NCBI GenBank assembly: GCA_903918705.1
Contig: CAIXFP010000343.1
Span: 1-32,599 of the forward strand
Direction: 5' to 3'
From: an uncultured Pseudomonadota bacterium
GTDB taxonomy: Bacteria; Pseudomonadota; Gammaproteobacteria; Burkholderiales; Thiobacillaceae
DNA length: 32,599 bases
In this document: piece by piece, positions 8,476 through 16,615 of the stretch
Layout: every line of letters begins with the position of its first letter
Numbering within the stretch: the first letter of the stretch is position 1
Notes under the pieces: generated by a model
Databases searched by the model: none
Seen by the model: the letters and a program-made list of their open reading frames with translations, nothing else
Told to the model about the DNA's origin: nothing
Program-made: the position numbers and the translations under genes

Positions 8476-8491
8476 TGGACGTTGCCGCACA
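8476..8491 (-). promoter_or_regulatory. Weaker match to the box (box 8)
   Basis: The reverse complement reads TGTGC-GGCAAC-GTCCA, close to box 4 (TGTGC-GCCAGC-GTCCA). It lies 145-160 nt upstream of the collagen-like lipoprotein gene but in the opposite orientation to it. Confidence 0.25.
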
Positions 8492-8635
8492 GACTCCGCA
8501 GGCCATACGGCCCAACCTGCCGAACAGGGTCGTGCCGCGTCCACACGATCTCGCCGCTCAGACTAACCACTGTCCAGACGAGCCCCACAGGCGCACAGAC
8601 TGTCGAAATCAGTTCAAATAATCCAAGGAATCACC

Positions 8636-9556
8636 ATGAGAAATTCAATCTTGTCGAACAAGATGTTGAGAAGTCCGTTGCTGCTGGCCGTGGTCGCCAC
8701 GTTCGCAATTGCAGGCTGCAGCACAACCGGTGCACCGTTGATCAGCTATGTCGGCCCTCCCGGCGCCGATGGGCCGATGGGTCCGGCTGGCGAACGCGGC
8801 CCGACTGGCGCCAACGGCGCTCCCGGCATGGTCATGGCCGGTCCCGCCGGTGAAACCGGCCCCGCCGGTCCCGCCGGTGTGGCCGGCCCGATTGGAGCCA
8901 CAGGACCCGCCGGGGTGATGGTGGTGGGCCGTGCCGGCGCAGTCGGCCGCGCCGGGCCCATGGGTCCGCAAGGCGCCATGGGGGATAGCGGCGCCCAGGG
9001 CGTAAGCAACGCGGGCCCCGCCGGCCCGATGGGTCTCGCTGGTCCCTCCGGCATTCAAGGTGTCGTCGGCAGCATCGGCGCGCAAGGGCCCACCACGGTC
9101 GGCCCGACCGGACCCACCGGCCGCACCGGCCCCGCCGGCGACCAGGGTTTGACCGGATATACTGGCATCCAGGGCAGTCCCGAAATGCTTGGCGTCGCCG
9201 GCCCGGTTGGCCGTACCGGCGCCGCGGGCGTGCAAGGCCCGATCGGCCCGACCGGTGCCCAGGGCTCGCCGGCTATCCTGTATGGCAGCTGGAGTTCCTA
9301 CTGGATCTACAACTTCAACGGCTACAACAACGCGATGCAGCGCGCCGATGACGGCAAGTCGAGCCAGATCGCCAACTACTTGGATCGGAACCCGTCGCGC
9401 CAGATCGGCCTGGATGGTGGCGACTCACGTAACGTGTCCACCGTGCGCGATGCCTTGATCGCCGCGGGTGTGCCTCCCGGCAAGATCCAGACGGGTGCCT
9501 TCGGCGACCCGCAACTCAGGCGCGATGATCGGGTGGCGGTGCTGCTCAACAATTAA
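8636..9556 (+). CDS. Lipoprotein with a collagen-like G-X-Y triple-helix repeat region and a degenerate OmpA_C-like C-terminal domain
   Basis: 306 aa. AAGGAA lies upstream. Lipobox FAIAGC. About 190 aa of interrupted GXY repeats (GPPGADGPMGPAGERGPTGANGAPG...GPIGPTGAQGSP). The C-terminal ~90 aa (IANYLDRNPSRQIGLDGG..VRDALIAAGVPPGKIQTGAFGDP..DRVAVLL) follow the OmpA_C fold pattern. Confidence 0.85.
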   Translation: MRNSILSNKMLRSPLLLAVVATFAIAGCSTTGAPLISYVGPPGADGPMGPAGERGPTGANGAPGMVMAGPAGETGPAGPAGVAGPIGATGPAGVMVVGRAGAVGRAGPMGPQGAMGDSGAQGVSNAGPAGPMGLAGPSGIQGVVGSIGAQGPTTVGPTGPTGRTGPAGDQGLTGYTGIQGSPEMLGVAGPVGRTGAAGVQGPIGPTGAQGSPAILYGSWSSYWIYNFNGYNNAMQRADDGKSSQIANYLDRNPSRQIGLDGGDSRNVSTVRDALIAAGVPPGKIQTGAFGDPQLRRDDRVAVLLNN

Positions 9557-9578
9557 GCCCACTGTCGTGTAGATCAGG

Positions 9579-9603
9579 ACGGCGCGATTGCGCCGTTTTC
9601 TTA
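9579..9603 (+). terminator. Rho-independent terminator
   Basis: acggcgc-gatt-gcgccgt followed by ttttctt. It begins 23 nt after the collagen-like gene stop. Confidence 0.75.
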
Positions 9604-9641
9604 GCGCTGCGCTGCGCAACTGAGAGGTTGAAACAACCTGG

Positions 9642-9661
9642 ATTCCCGCCTACGCGGGAAT
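9642..9661. repeat. Short REP-like hairpin
   Basis: attcccgc-ctac-gcgggaat. A degenerate relative, ggatttcccggcgggaatg, is at about 16296-16316, after the second PEP-CTERM gene. Confidence 0.5.
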
Positions 9662-9736
9662 GATGGACCCATTGGCAGCCGTTTTGGAAATAGTTACAGG
9701 CTCTGAGCCAAATCCGCGACTTCGCCCCGTGAGCTA

Positions 9737-9752
9737 TGTGCGCCAGCGTCCA
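9737..9752 (+). promoter_or_regulatory. Candidate Crp/Fnr-type operator (box 4)
   Basis: TA-TGTGC-GCCAGC-GTCCA-GAC. The left 13 nt are identical to box 2 and the right half is degenerate. It lies 118-133 nt upstream of the crp paralogue 2 GTG. Confidence 0.35.
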
Positions 9753-9869
9753 GACAAGTGCGGCATTCCTCCCCATGCTTAATGTTGCCCAGCCCGGGGG
9801 GGCGCTCCGGGTTCGCATGCGACATTTCCCCTATGCCGCCTGCCGGGTTTCCCCACCCGGAGAGTTCAC

Positions 9870-10577
9870 GTGCCGCGCACCCAGTCAGTCCCCGTCGCCA
9901 ATCGCCTCCTTGCCGCCCTGCCGCGCAAGGATCGCCTGCGCTTCGTGGCGGGTTGCGCGGATGTCGAACTGGTGTTCGCCGAGGTGCTGGCCGAACCGGG
10001 CGAGCGCATCCGCCACGTCTACTTCCCCACCCACAGCTTCATCTCGCTGACCACGCCTATCGACGGCCATGTCGCCCTCGAGGTGGGCATGGTCGGCGAC
10101 GAAGGCATGCTCGGCATTTCGCTCCTGCTCGGCGTCGATGTTTCACCCCTGCATGCCCTGGTGCAGGGTGCGGGCCCGGCGTTACGCATTAATGCGGCGC
10201 CCTTCCGCCGCGAGTTGGAACAGAGTCCGGCCCTACGGCGCCTGTTGCAACGTTACCTCTATGTGCTGATGACCCAACTCGCGCAAACCGCCGCCTGCAC
10301 CCGCTACCACTTGGTGGAGGCGCGCCTCGCCCGCTGGCTGCTGATGACGGGGGATCGGGCCCATGCGGACGAGTTCCGCCTCACCCATGAATTCCTGGCC
10401 TATATGCTGGGAGTGCGTCGCGTCGGCATCACCAAGGCCGCTTCCGCGCTGCAACAACGGGGGCTGATCCACTATCACCGCGGCGATATCACGCTACTCG
10501 ACCGTGCTGGTCTGGAATCGCACTCCTGCAGCTGCTACGCGGCAGACAAGGCCACCTATGCCCGGGTGCTGGGCTAG
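9870..10577 (+). CDS. Crp/Fnr-family transcriptional regulator (paralogue 2, divergent)
   Basis: 235 aa. GTG start with GGAGAG 5-6 nt upstream. Same architecture as paralogues 1 and 3 ([29 protein letters not shown]; [32 protein letters not shown]), but clearly less similar to them than they are to each other. Confidence 0.88.
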   Translation: MPRTQSVPVANRLLAALPRKDRLRFVAGCADVELVFAEVLAEPGERIRHVYFPTHSFISLTTPIDGHVALEVGMVGDEGMLGISLLLGVDVSPLHALVQGAGPALRINAAPFRRELEQSPALRRLLQRYLYVLMTQLAQTAACTRYHLVEARLARWLLMTGDRAHADEFRLTHEFLAYMLGVRRVGITKAASALQQRGLIHYHRGDITLLDRAGLESHSCSCYAADKATYARVLG

Positions 10578-10595
10578 CGAACTGGCCGCAGGCGA

Positions 10596-11156
10596 TCAGG
10601 CTGCTGCGCCGTACTTCGCCAGCAATTCGCCCAGCAACTTGAGCTGTTCCTTCTGGATCGCCAACAACTCGCCCCACTGGCCTTCCCGCAGCAAATCCAC
10701 TTTGTCGTGCAGCAACATGATCTCGAGTTCGGCCTTGAGGTTCACCTCGTAATCGTGTTCCGCGTTGAGCCGGTCCTTTTCCGCCTGCCGGTTCTGCGAC
10801 ATCAGGATGATGGGCGCCTGGATGGCGGCCAGCATGGAAAGCACCAGGTTGAGCAGGATGTAGGGGTAGGGATCGAAGGCCCCGGCGTGATTCACCAGGA
10901 TGTACGAGTTCAGGGCGACCCAGATCACCAGCACCACCCCGAACAGGCTGATGAAGGTCCAGGAGCCGCCGAAACGCGCCACCCCATCCGCCGCGCGCTG
11001 GCCCAGGGTGGTCTTCTCCGCGAATTCCCGGGCAGTGTTTCTGGCGATGTGCTTGCGCCCGGCAATATGGCGCGCCACTTTTTTGGTGAGGTCATCCAGT
11101 GATTCATAGGGGATGCCGAGCAGTTTCTCGGCAACGTCGTCGGGTTTCTTGATCAT
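10596..11156 (-). CDS. DUF1003-domain membrane protein
   Basis: 186 aa from the ATG at 11156 (GGAGAG upstream): MIKKPDD...FGGSWTFISLFGVVLVIWVALN..DPYPYILLNLVLSMLAAIQAPIILMSQNRQAEKDR. Coiled-coil tail. The 274-aa track ORF is an extension. Confidence 0.85.
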   Translation of the reverse strand: MIKKPDDVAEKLLGIPYESLDDLTKKVARHIAGRKHIARNTAREFAEKTTLGQRAADGVARFGGSWTFISLFGVVLVIWVALNSYILVNHAGAFDPYPYILLNLVLSMLAAIQAPIILMSQNRQAEKDRLNAEHDYEVNLKAELEIMLLHDKVDLLREGQWGELLAIQKEQLKLLGELLAKYGAAA

Positions 11157-11254
11157 GGTGGCTCTCCGTGTGGCCACCCGGCCCCAGGCCGGGTATTCCG
11201 GCAAATTCTGCGCGTAAGCGCCCCTGGCGAGCGGAACAATATTTCTGTCTGCTT

Positions 11255-11270
11255 GGTTCGCCAGCGCACA
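11255..11270 (+). promoter_or_regulatory. Candidate Crp/Fnr-type operator (box 5)
   Basis: GGTTC-GCCAGC-GCACA-GAT in the divergent DUF1003/lmo0937 region, 67-82 nt upstream of the lmo0937-type ATG. It is preceded by tctgtctgct, which resembles the outer flank of boxes 1 and 2. Confidence 0.4.
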
Positions 11271-11336
11271 GATCGTGGCGGGAAATAAGCAGATCGTCGA
11301 AATTGTCGAAACATTCACATACCCACGGAGTTTGCA

Positions 11337-11483
11337 ATGCTCGAAACCATCGCGGTTGTCTTGATTATCTTCTGGGTGCTCGGCCTGGTTTCGTCCTACA
11401 CCATGGGCGGGTTTATCCACATTCTCTTGGTCATCGCGGTCGTGATGCTGTTGATGCGGGTCATCCAGGGACGCCGCCTGTGA
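11337..11483 (+). CDS. lmo0937-family small membrane protein (48 aa), absent from the ORF track
   Basis: MLETIAVVLIIFWVLGLVSSYTMGGFIHILLVIAVVMLLMRVIQGRRL. GGAG lies 6 nt upstream. The two-TM pattern ending in ..GRR is typical of this family. It was translated directly from the sequence. Confidence 0.75.
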   Translation: MLETIAVVLIIFWVLGLVSSYTMGGFIHILLVIAVVMLLMRVIQGRRL

Positions 11484-11524
11484 CTTGAAGGTATTCCAAT
11501 TTCACTTGGTCCGGAGGACATGAA

Positions 11525-12355
11525 ATGAGAACACTCAAGTTCCTGGCAAGCGTTTCATTCGGAATGGTTGCCGCGTGTTTTAGTATCCATCCGGCAATGG
11601 CCATACCCCTACTCGGGTCGGCACAGAATTTCACCGTGCTCGCCGCGTCGACAGTGACCAATACCGGTGCGACCACCATTCTGGGTGATATTGGCTTATT
11701 TCCAGGTACGTCGATTACGGGCCTGGGAACCCTTTCACTCATGGGAACGGTATACCAGACGGACACGGTTGCACATCAGGCCGAGATTGACGCACTGGCC
11801 GCCTACAACATGCTTGCCAACCTGCCGGTCACCCACAATCTGAGTGGCCTGGATTTGGGCACCGTGGGCACGCTGCAACCGGGCGTCTATCAATTTGATT
11901 CGTCGGCGCAACTGACCGGGACGCTCACCCTCGATTTCGGTTACGACGCCAATGCCCTGTTCGTATTTCTTATCGGCAGCACGCTGACGACCGCAAGCGA
12001 TGCCAAAGTCTACGTGAACAATGGCGGCGGCAATGACGGCGTGTACTGGCAGGTTGGCAGTTCCGCAACCATGGGCAGCAATACACTGTTTGCCGGGAAC
12101 ATTCTCGCGGAACAAAGCATCACCCTGAATACCGGCGCGGAAATTCTCTGCGGCAGGAGCATCGCGCTGAATGCCGCGGTGACGCTGGATGGCAACACCC
12201 TCGCCAACAATTGCAACGGTAGTACCAATGGTGATTTCGGCAGCGCCGGTTTCAGTGGTGATGGTCATGGCGGCAATGTTCCGGAGCCATCCATTCTGTC
12301 GCTTCTTGGCATTGGATTGTCGGGAATCGGCATCAGCCGCCGGTGGCATGCGTGA
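11525..12355 (+). CDS. Ice-binding-like (DUF3494) family protein with a PEP-CTERM sorting signal
   Basis: 276 aa. GGAGGA lies 6 nt upstream. Signal peptide present. DUF3494 pattern: AQNFTVLAASTVTNTGATTILGDIGLFPGTSITG..LQPGVYQFDSSAQLTGTLTLD..NALFVFLIGSTLTTAS..VYWQVGSSATMGS..FAGNILAEQSITL. C-terminus VPEPSILSLLGIGLSGIGISRR. Confidence 0.88.
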   Translation: MRTLKFLASVSFGMVAACFSIHPAMAIPLLGSAQNFTVLAASTVTNTGATTILGDIGLFPGTSITGLGTLSLMGTVYQTDTVAHQAEIDALAAYNMLANLPVTHNLSGLDLGTVGTLQPGVYQFDSSAQLTGTLTLDFGYDANALFVFLIGSTLTTASDAKVYVNNGGGNDGVYWQVGSSATMGSNTLFAGNILAEQSITLNTGAEILCGRSIALNAAVTLDGNTLANNCNGSTNGDFGSAGFSGDGHGGNVPEPSILSLLGIGLSGIGISRRWHA

Positions 12356-12433
12356 TCCGAATGAAAGCTTTTCGACGATTAGGTAATTGCGCGGTCAACG
12401 ACGCGCCGGGTTGATTCAAGACAAGGAGACGAC

Positions 12434-12610
12434 ATGGATTTACTCCATGAAACAGCAAGGTATTTGATTATTGTCGGGGCATTTTCCGCCGTTGCCTTAT
12501 TGGCCATGAGTGGTGTGCATGGGCCCAAACCGCGCAGCAGAATTTATTGGAACAAACTATTGGCTCTATGGAGTCGCAACGGAGAAAAGCATGAAAAATC
12601 TGTCTACTGA
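12434..12610 (+). CDS. Candidate 58-aa single-TM small protein (speculative)
   Basis: A strong SD (AAGGAG) lies 5 nt before the ATG. MDLLHETARYLIIVGAFSAVALLAMSGVHGPKPRSRIYWNKLLALWSRNGEKHEKSVY. It overlaps the yqjD-like start by 20 nt in another frame. Third-position GC is low, and no homology was recognised. Confidence 0.25.
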   Translation: MDLLHETARYLIIVGAFSAVALLAMSGVHGPKPRSRIYWNKLLALWSRNGEKHEKSVY

Positions 12611-12905
12611 AGTCACCAGCGAACAATTGCTTGCCGACTTCAATGTCGTGCTCGCGGACGCGCAAGCACTCTTGCTGGCAACCGCCAACCAGGGCGGCGA
12701 GAAACTGGCCGAGGTACGTGCCAAGGCGGAGGAATCCATTCGAGTGGTCAAGACCAGGATGCTGGAATCCCAGGCGGACTTGCTAGTGAAAACCCGCGCC
12801 GCCGCCAAGGCCACCGACGTGTATGTCCATGAAAACCCCTGGAATGCCATCGGCGTCAGCGCCGGCCTGGGCCTGCTGGTCGGCTTCCTCATCGGCCGCC
12901 GCTAG
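12591..12905 (+). CDS. DUF883 / ElaB-YqjD-YgaM family membrane-anchored ribosome-binding protein
   Basis: 104 aa from the ATG at 12591 (GGAG upstream). C-terminal signature VHENPWNAIGVSAGLGLLVGFLIGRR. Confidence 0.88.
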   Translation: MKNLSTEVTSEQLLADFNVVLADAQALLLATANQGGEKLAEVRAKAEESIRVVKTRMLESQADLLVKTRAAAKATDVYVHENPWNAIGVSAGLGLLVGFLIGRR

Positions 12906-12915
12906 GCGTCGCGCC

Positions 12916-13308
12916 ATGCCCGAATCCTCTCCCGGAACGAACCACGGGCTGTTCGCATCGCTGTCCGCCCTGGCGGCCAACCTGGTTGCCATGGCGCATA
13001 ACCGCCTCGAACTCCTGTCCTCCGACCTGGAGGAGGATCGGGCGCACATGGTGTCGTTGCTGGTGTATGCCCTGGTGGCCCTGTTCTGTCTCGGCGTCGG
13101 CGTGGTGCTGGCGGCCCTGCTGCTGGTGGTCGCCTTCTGGGACAGCCATCGTCTCCTGGTGCTCGCCGCCCTCGCCGGCTGCTTTCTGGTGGCCGGCGTG
13201 GTCGCGCAGAGCAAGGCCCGGGACCTGGTGAAAAACAAACCCAGGATCTTCTCGGCCAGCATGGCGGAATTGCTGAAAGACCGGCAGCACCTTGCCTCTC
13301 GACCATGA
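12916..13308 (+). CDS. YqjE-like (DUF1469, 'phage holin family') membrane protein
   Basis: 130 aa from the ATG at 12916. NRLELLSSDLEEDRAHMVSLL plus two TM helices, matching the E. coli YqjE layout. It follows the yqjD-like gene by 10 nt. Confidence 0.82.
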   Translation: MPESSPGTNHGLFASLSALAANLVAMAHNRLELLSSDLEEDRAHMVSLLVYALVALFCLGVGVVLAALLLVVAFWDSHRLLVLAALAGCFLVAGVVAQSKARDLVKNKPRIFSASMAELLKDRQHLASRP

Positions 13309-13643
13309 CCCGGAACCTTCACGAACTGGCCCGGCGGCGCGAAGCCCTGGTGGCCCAGGCCGCCGTGCATCGGGTGGCGCTGGCCGAGAACATCCAGCCC
13401 TGGCGGCAACCCCTGGCCCTGGCCGACCAGGGACTGGCCGCGATGCGCTTCCTCGCCAGGCATCCCGTGTGGATCGCCACTGCCGTAGGTATGCTCGCTG
13501 CGTTCAAGCCTGCTCAGGTCCTGCGCTGGCTGGGGCGTGGCGTGGTGGCATGGCGGCTGCTGCAGCGCCTGCGTGGCGGGCAACCCCGGCGCGAGTATGC
13601 ATCAAGCGACCGGAACGGTCGTTCTCAGGAGACCACCCCATGA
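13305..13643 (+). CDS. YqjK-like protein
   Basis: 112 aa. ATGA overlap with the upstream stop. LARRREALVAQAAVHRVALAE...RHPVWIATAVG..LRWLGRGVVAWRLLQRL parallels E. coli YqjK. Confidence 0.78.
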   Translation: MTRNLHELARRREALVAQAAVHRVALAENIQPWRQPLALADQGLAAMRFLARHPVWIATAVGMLAAFKPAQVLRWLGRGVVAWRLLQRLRGGQPRREYASSDRNGRSQETTP

Positions 13644-14725
13644 ACGACAACCCCCTGCACGCACTCAAGGAACTGGGCCAGCACCTCTGGCTCGACAACC
13701 TCTCCCGCGCCCTGCTTCAGGAAGGCACCCTGCAACGCCTGATAGTGGAAGACGGCATCGACGGCATCACCTCCAATCCCGCCATCTTCCAGAAAGCCAT
13801 CGTCGGCAGCCCCTGGTACCGCGCCGACCTGGAGCGCCTGCGCGGCGCCGGCCTGGAACCCGAGGCGCGTTACGAAGCGCTGGCCATCCCCGACGTGCAG
13901 GCGGCCTGCGACATGCTGCTGCCGACCTACGTGGCCAGCGCCGGCGAGGCCGGCTACGTCAGCCTGGAAGTTTCGCCTGCCCTGGCCCACGACACCGCCG
14001 GCACCCTGGACGCGGCGCTGCGCCTGCGCCAGGCGGTGGTGCGTGACAACCTGCTGATCAAGGTGCCGGCCACACCCGCCGGCGTGCTGGCCTTCGAACA
14101 ACTGACCGCCGCCGGAGTGCGGACCAACGTCACCCTGATCTTCTCCCTGGCCCAGTACGAGGCCGTGGCCCAGGCCTATCTGCGCGGGGCGCAACGCTGG
14201 CTCGACGCGGGTGGCGATGCCCAGTCGCCACGCGCAGTGGCCAGTGTGTTCCTGTCCCGGGTCGACACCCTGGTGGACCAGCGCCTCGCGGCCATCGGCT
14301 CGACCCCGGCCCAGGCCCTCCAGGGCAAGACCGGCGTGGCCCTGGCCAAATGCTGCCACCAGCGTTACCTGGAACTGTTCCATGGCCCCGAGTTCGCAGC
14401 CCTGGCCCTGGCCGGCATGCGCCGCCAGACACCCCTGTGGGCCAGCACCGGCACCAAGAATCCGGCCTACAGCGATGTGCTCTACGTGGAAGCCTTGATC
14501 GGCAAGGAATCCATCAACACCCTGCCGGACGCCACCCTGGCGGCGTTCCGCGACCACGGCCGCGTCGGCGACACCCTGGGCGAAGGCCTGGCGGAGGCGC
14601 AACTCCAACTCGCTGCCCTGGCTGGACTGGGCATCGACCTGGATGAAGTAGGAGACACCTTGCAGGTGGATGGCCTGCGCATATTCGCCCAGGCCTATGA
14701 CAAGTTGCTCGCGGCGGTGATGTGA
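13640..14725 (+). CDS. tal: Transaldolase (long, about 360-aa type)
   Basis: 361 aa from the ATG at 13640 (AGGAG upstream; ATGA overlap with the yqjK-like stop). Motifs: LWLDNLSR, GITSNPAIFQKAI, LIKVPAT (Schiff-base Lys context), NVTLIFS, SVFLSRVD. Confidence 0.9.
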   Translation: MNDNPLHALKELGQHLWLDNLSRALLQEGTLQRLIVEDGIDGITSNPAIFQKAIVGSPWYRADLERLRGAGLEPEARYEALAIPDVQAACDMLLPTYVASAGEAGYVSLEVSPALAHDTAGTLDAALRLRQAVVRDNLLIKVPATPAGVLAFEQLTAAGVRTNVTLIFSLAQYEAVAQAYLRGAQRWLDAGGDAQSPRAVASVFLSRVDTLVDQRLAAIGSTPAQALQGKTGVALAKCCHQRYLELFHGPEFAALALAGMRRQTPLWASTGTKNPAYSDVLYVEALIGKESINTLPDATLAAFRDHGRVGDTLGEGLAEAQLQLAALAGLGIDLDEVGDTLQVDGLRIFAQAYDKLLAAVM

Positions 14726-14842
14726 ATGCCGTCCTAACGCTTAACCAGGACATCCACAGACTCAATGTCTGTCTGCCTCACGCTGAAAAGTCTTCAGAGC
14801 ACCCCGTCGTCACTTTCCGCCATCTGATCAGGAGTACACACC

Positions 14843-14974
14843 ATGTCCAAAAGCCAACATTCCAACAAGGAAGCCAAGAAGCATTCCTTACACACCGACA
14901 AGGAGAAAAAAGCGGCCAAACAGGCCAAAAAGCACGCGGGGGATCCGGTTCCCCTGATCGTCAAGCCTGTCTGA
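14843..14974 (+). CDS. 43-aa lysine-rich small protein (paralogue A), absent from the ORF track
   Basis: MSKSQHSNKEAKKHSLHTDKEKKAAKQAKKHAGDPVPLIVKPV. AGGAG lies 7 nt upstream. It shares 36 of 43 residues with the ORF at 27157-27288, and most nucleotide differences between the two fall at synonymous third positions. Confidence 0.75.
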   Translation: MSKSQHSNKEAKKHSLHTDKEKKAAKQAKKHAGDPVPLIVKPV

Positions 14975-15228
14975 GACCCGCCTCGGTCAGATATGTCCGG
15001 AATGAGCGGGTAGACATCGGCGCTGGCTAAAGCCTGATTGCACTTGCTCCAGGTGTGGCTTCCGAAGATTCCGGACTCATTTGAATAGGTTTGCCCCATG
15101 GCCCTGGTCATGACGGCCGACGAGGAGTCTGTTATCCGAAATTAGGCACTAATTGCCAAAGTAGGGGTTGAAAAATTCAATCTCATGAGGCTTGTTCGAG
15201 AAAGCCTTTTATGGTTTGTAAATTTATA

Positions 15229-15244
15229 TGTGTGGAAGCGTACA
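15229..15244 (+). promoter_or_regulatory. Candidate Crp/Fnr-type operator (box 7)
   Basis: TA-TGTGT-GGAAGC-GTACA-GAC. It matches box 6 at 17 of 19 nt. A TATAAT hexamer lies at 15281-15286. It sits in the AT-rich leader about 330 nt upstream of the second PEP-CTERM gene. Confidence 0.35.
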
Positions 15245-15571
15245 GACATCACCCATGGGGGTTGCCAAACTACCTTCTCCTATAATTGCCGCAGCATTGT
15301 GTTACCCGCACAACGGTGACGGCTATGACCATGGCCTTGATTGAATATTTAATCTTTCAGTGGGCCTGGTTTCGGTAGGAAGTAGCGGCATTGCAGGTTT
15401 GTCTCGTGCAAATGTCATTTTTTCAATCAGTAATTGTGGTTTTCATATTCATCCCGCTGCCATAAAGCCATTCCGGCATTCAAACCTGCATCACGAAATG
15501 GCGTCCTTGTTCCATCAGGCTGCATGAAAAGGCTCCGCACATTTCCGTGGCATTCCACAAGGAATATCGTT

Positions 15572-16276
15572 ATGAAACGAAGACTTGTATTGACCTCCAC
15601 TCTGGCCGCTTTGTTTTCGGCTGGCTCCGCAAACGCATTGATCATCGATGATTTTTCCGTAACGCAACCTAACGTCTACATCACCGGTCCCGCGCCCCAA
15701 TCGTCATTCGGCCTTATTCAAGCTGGCAGCACCAGTGACATCATCGGTGGATCCCGACAAACCGACGTTGCTTTGTACGCGGGTAATGCAGCCGCCGATG
15801 TGAATGTCCGGGTCGTGAGCGGCGTGCTCGACGTCAATGATTCGGTGAGTGCCGCTACCGAGGTCGTCTTGATTTGGGATGCCAACGGCGCGGGTTTGGG
15901 AAATGTCGATCTGTTGGCGGGCGGCGCCTCCGGAATTTACCTCGCCTTTCCGACCGCGATGGATCATGCGCTGAAACTGAAATTCGATATTACCGATTTC
16001 GGCACTGCAACCACCGCGACACATAGTATTACCTTTCCCATTGGTTCACAGGGCGCTGATTTCTTCTTCTCATTCAGCGATTTCACCAATCTCTCGGCGC
16101 TATCATCCGCGGATTCCATCAAAATGACCCTGGACTCCACGACCCCAGGTCTTGACGCAAATCTTGACTTGATTGAAACCCGCAGCGCACCACCCGGCAA
16201 CGTACCTGAACCCGGCACTGTCGGCCTGCTTGGCCTTGGCCTTCTGGGTCTTGGCGCGGCGCGGCGCAAGCAATAA
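15572..16276 (+). CDS. PEP-CTERM sorting-domain protein (unknown N-terminal domain)
   Basis: 234 aa from the ATG at 15572 (AAGGAA upstream). Signal peptide MKRRLVLTSTLAALFSAGSANA. C-terminus VPEPGTVGLLGLGLLGLGAARRKQ. Confidence 0.85.
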   Translation: MKRRLVLTSTLAALFSAGSANALIIDDFSVTQPNVYITGPAPQSSFGLIQAGSTSDIIGGSRQTDVALYAGNAAADVNVRVVSGVLDVNDSVSAATEVVLIWDANGAGLGNVDLLAGGASGIYLAFPTAMDHALKLKFDITDFGTATTATHSITFPIGSQGADFFFSFSDFTNLSALSSADSIKMTLDSTTPGLDANLDLIETRSAPPGNVPEPGTVGLLGLGLLGLGAARRKQ

Positions 16277-16615
16277 ACGGGATCGTATAAATTGGATTTC
16301 CCGGCGGGAATGGGTTGAATCAAATGAGGGCGAGTTGATCCATTCCCGTAAATAAAGACATGAAGCCGTTATCGTGGAAGGCGTGTCCAATCTCTCAATG
16401 TCGAAGGTCGTGACTTGGGCAATACGCGACGTGCCCGGCCGCCGGCAATGAAATCGGAAACTCAGTCCCGCCGCAATCCAGCATGGCAACGCATGCTTCC
16501 ACTGGCCTGGCGGCTCCAGGATTGATGGGCACGTACCACGGTTTTCATGAAATCTGTTTGAGGTCCGAGTCAGTTCCCCATGATCGTTCTGGGAATAATC
16601 ACGGACCCACCGCAT

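Noticed and set aside
8645-9235. 196-aa and 102-aa minus-strand ORFs opposite the collagen-like gene
   Set aside because: They are products of the GXY repeat DNA read antisense, with no start context or independent support.
9671-9690. TGGCAG-N5-TTGG, sigma-54-like spacing, upstream of crp paralogue 2
   Set aside because: The -12 element lacks the conserved GC, and no enhancer-binding protein gene is nearby. It is likely a chance match.
14756-14785. GTCTGTCTGC 10-mer shared with boxes 1 and 2, and the palindrome ACAGAC-TCAAT-GTCTGT upstream of the 43-aa gene
   Set aside because: Only the left half of the 16-bp box is present (TGTCT-GCCTCA-CGCTG), and its orientation is opposite to the downstream gene. 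It is noted but not counted as a box.
14794-15111. 105-aa minus-strand ORF and its counterpart at 26661-27323, which share a Cys-rich segment (GTGSPACFLACLAAFFSL..)
   Set aside because: The shared segment is only the antisense image of the two 43-aa + strand paralogues. The + frame has SD sequences, and differences between the copies are mostly synonymous in that frame.
15297-15316. TTGTG-N7-CACAA palindrome in the AT-rich leader
   Set aside because: The spacing is one base shorter than the CRP-type 5-6-5 layout, and the site lacks the GCCAGC core. It is an isolated occurrence.
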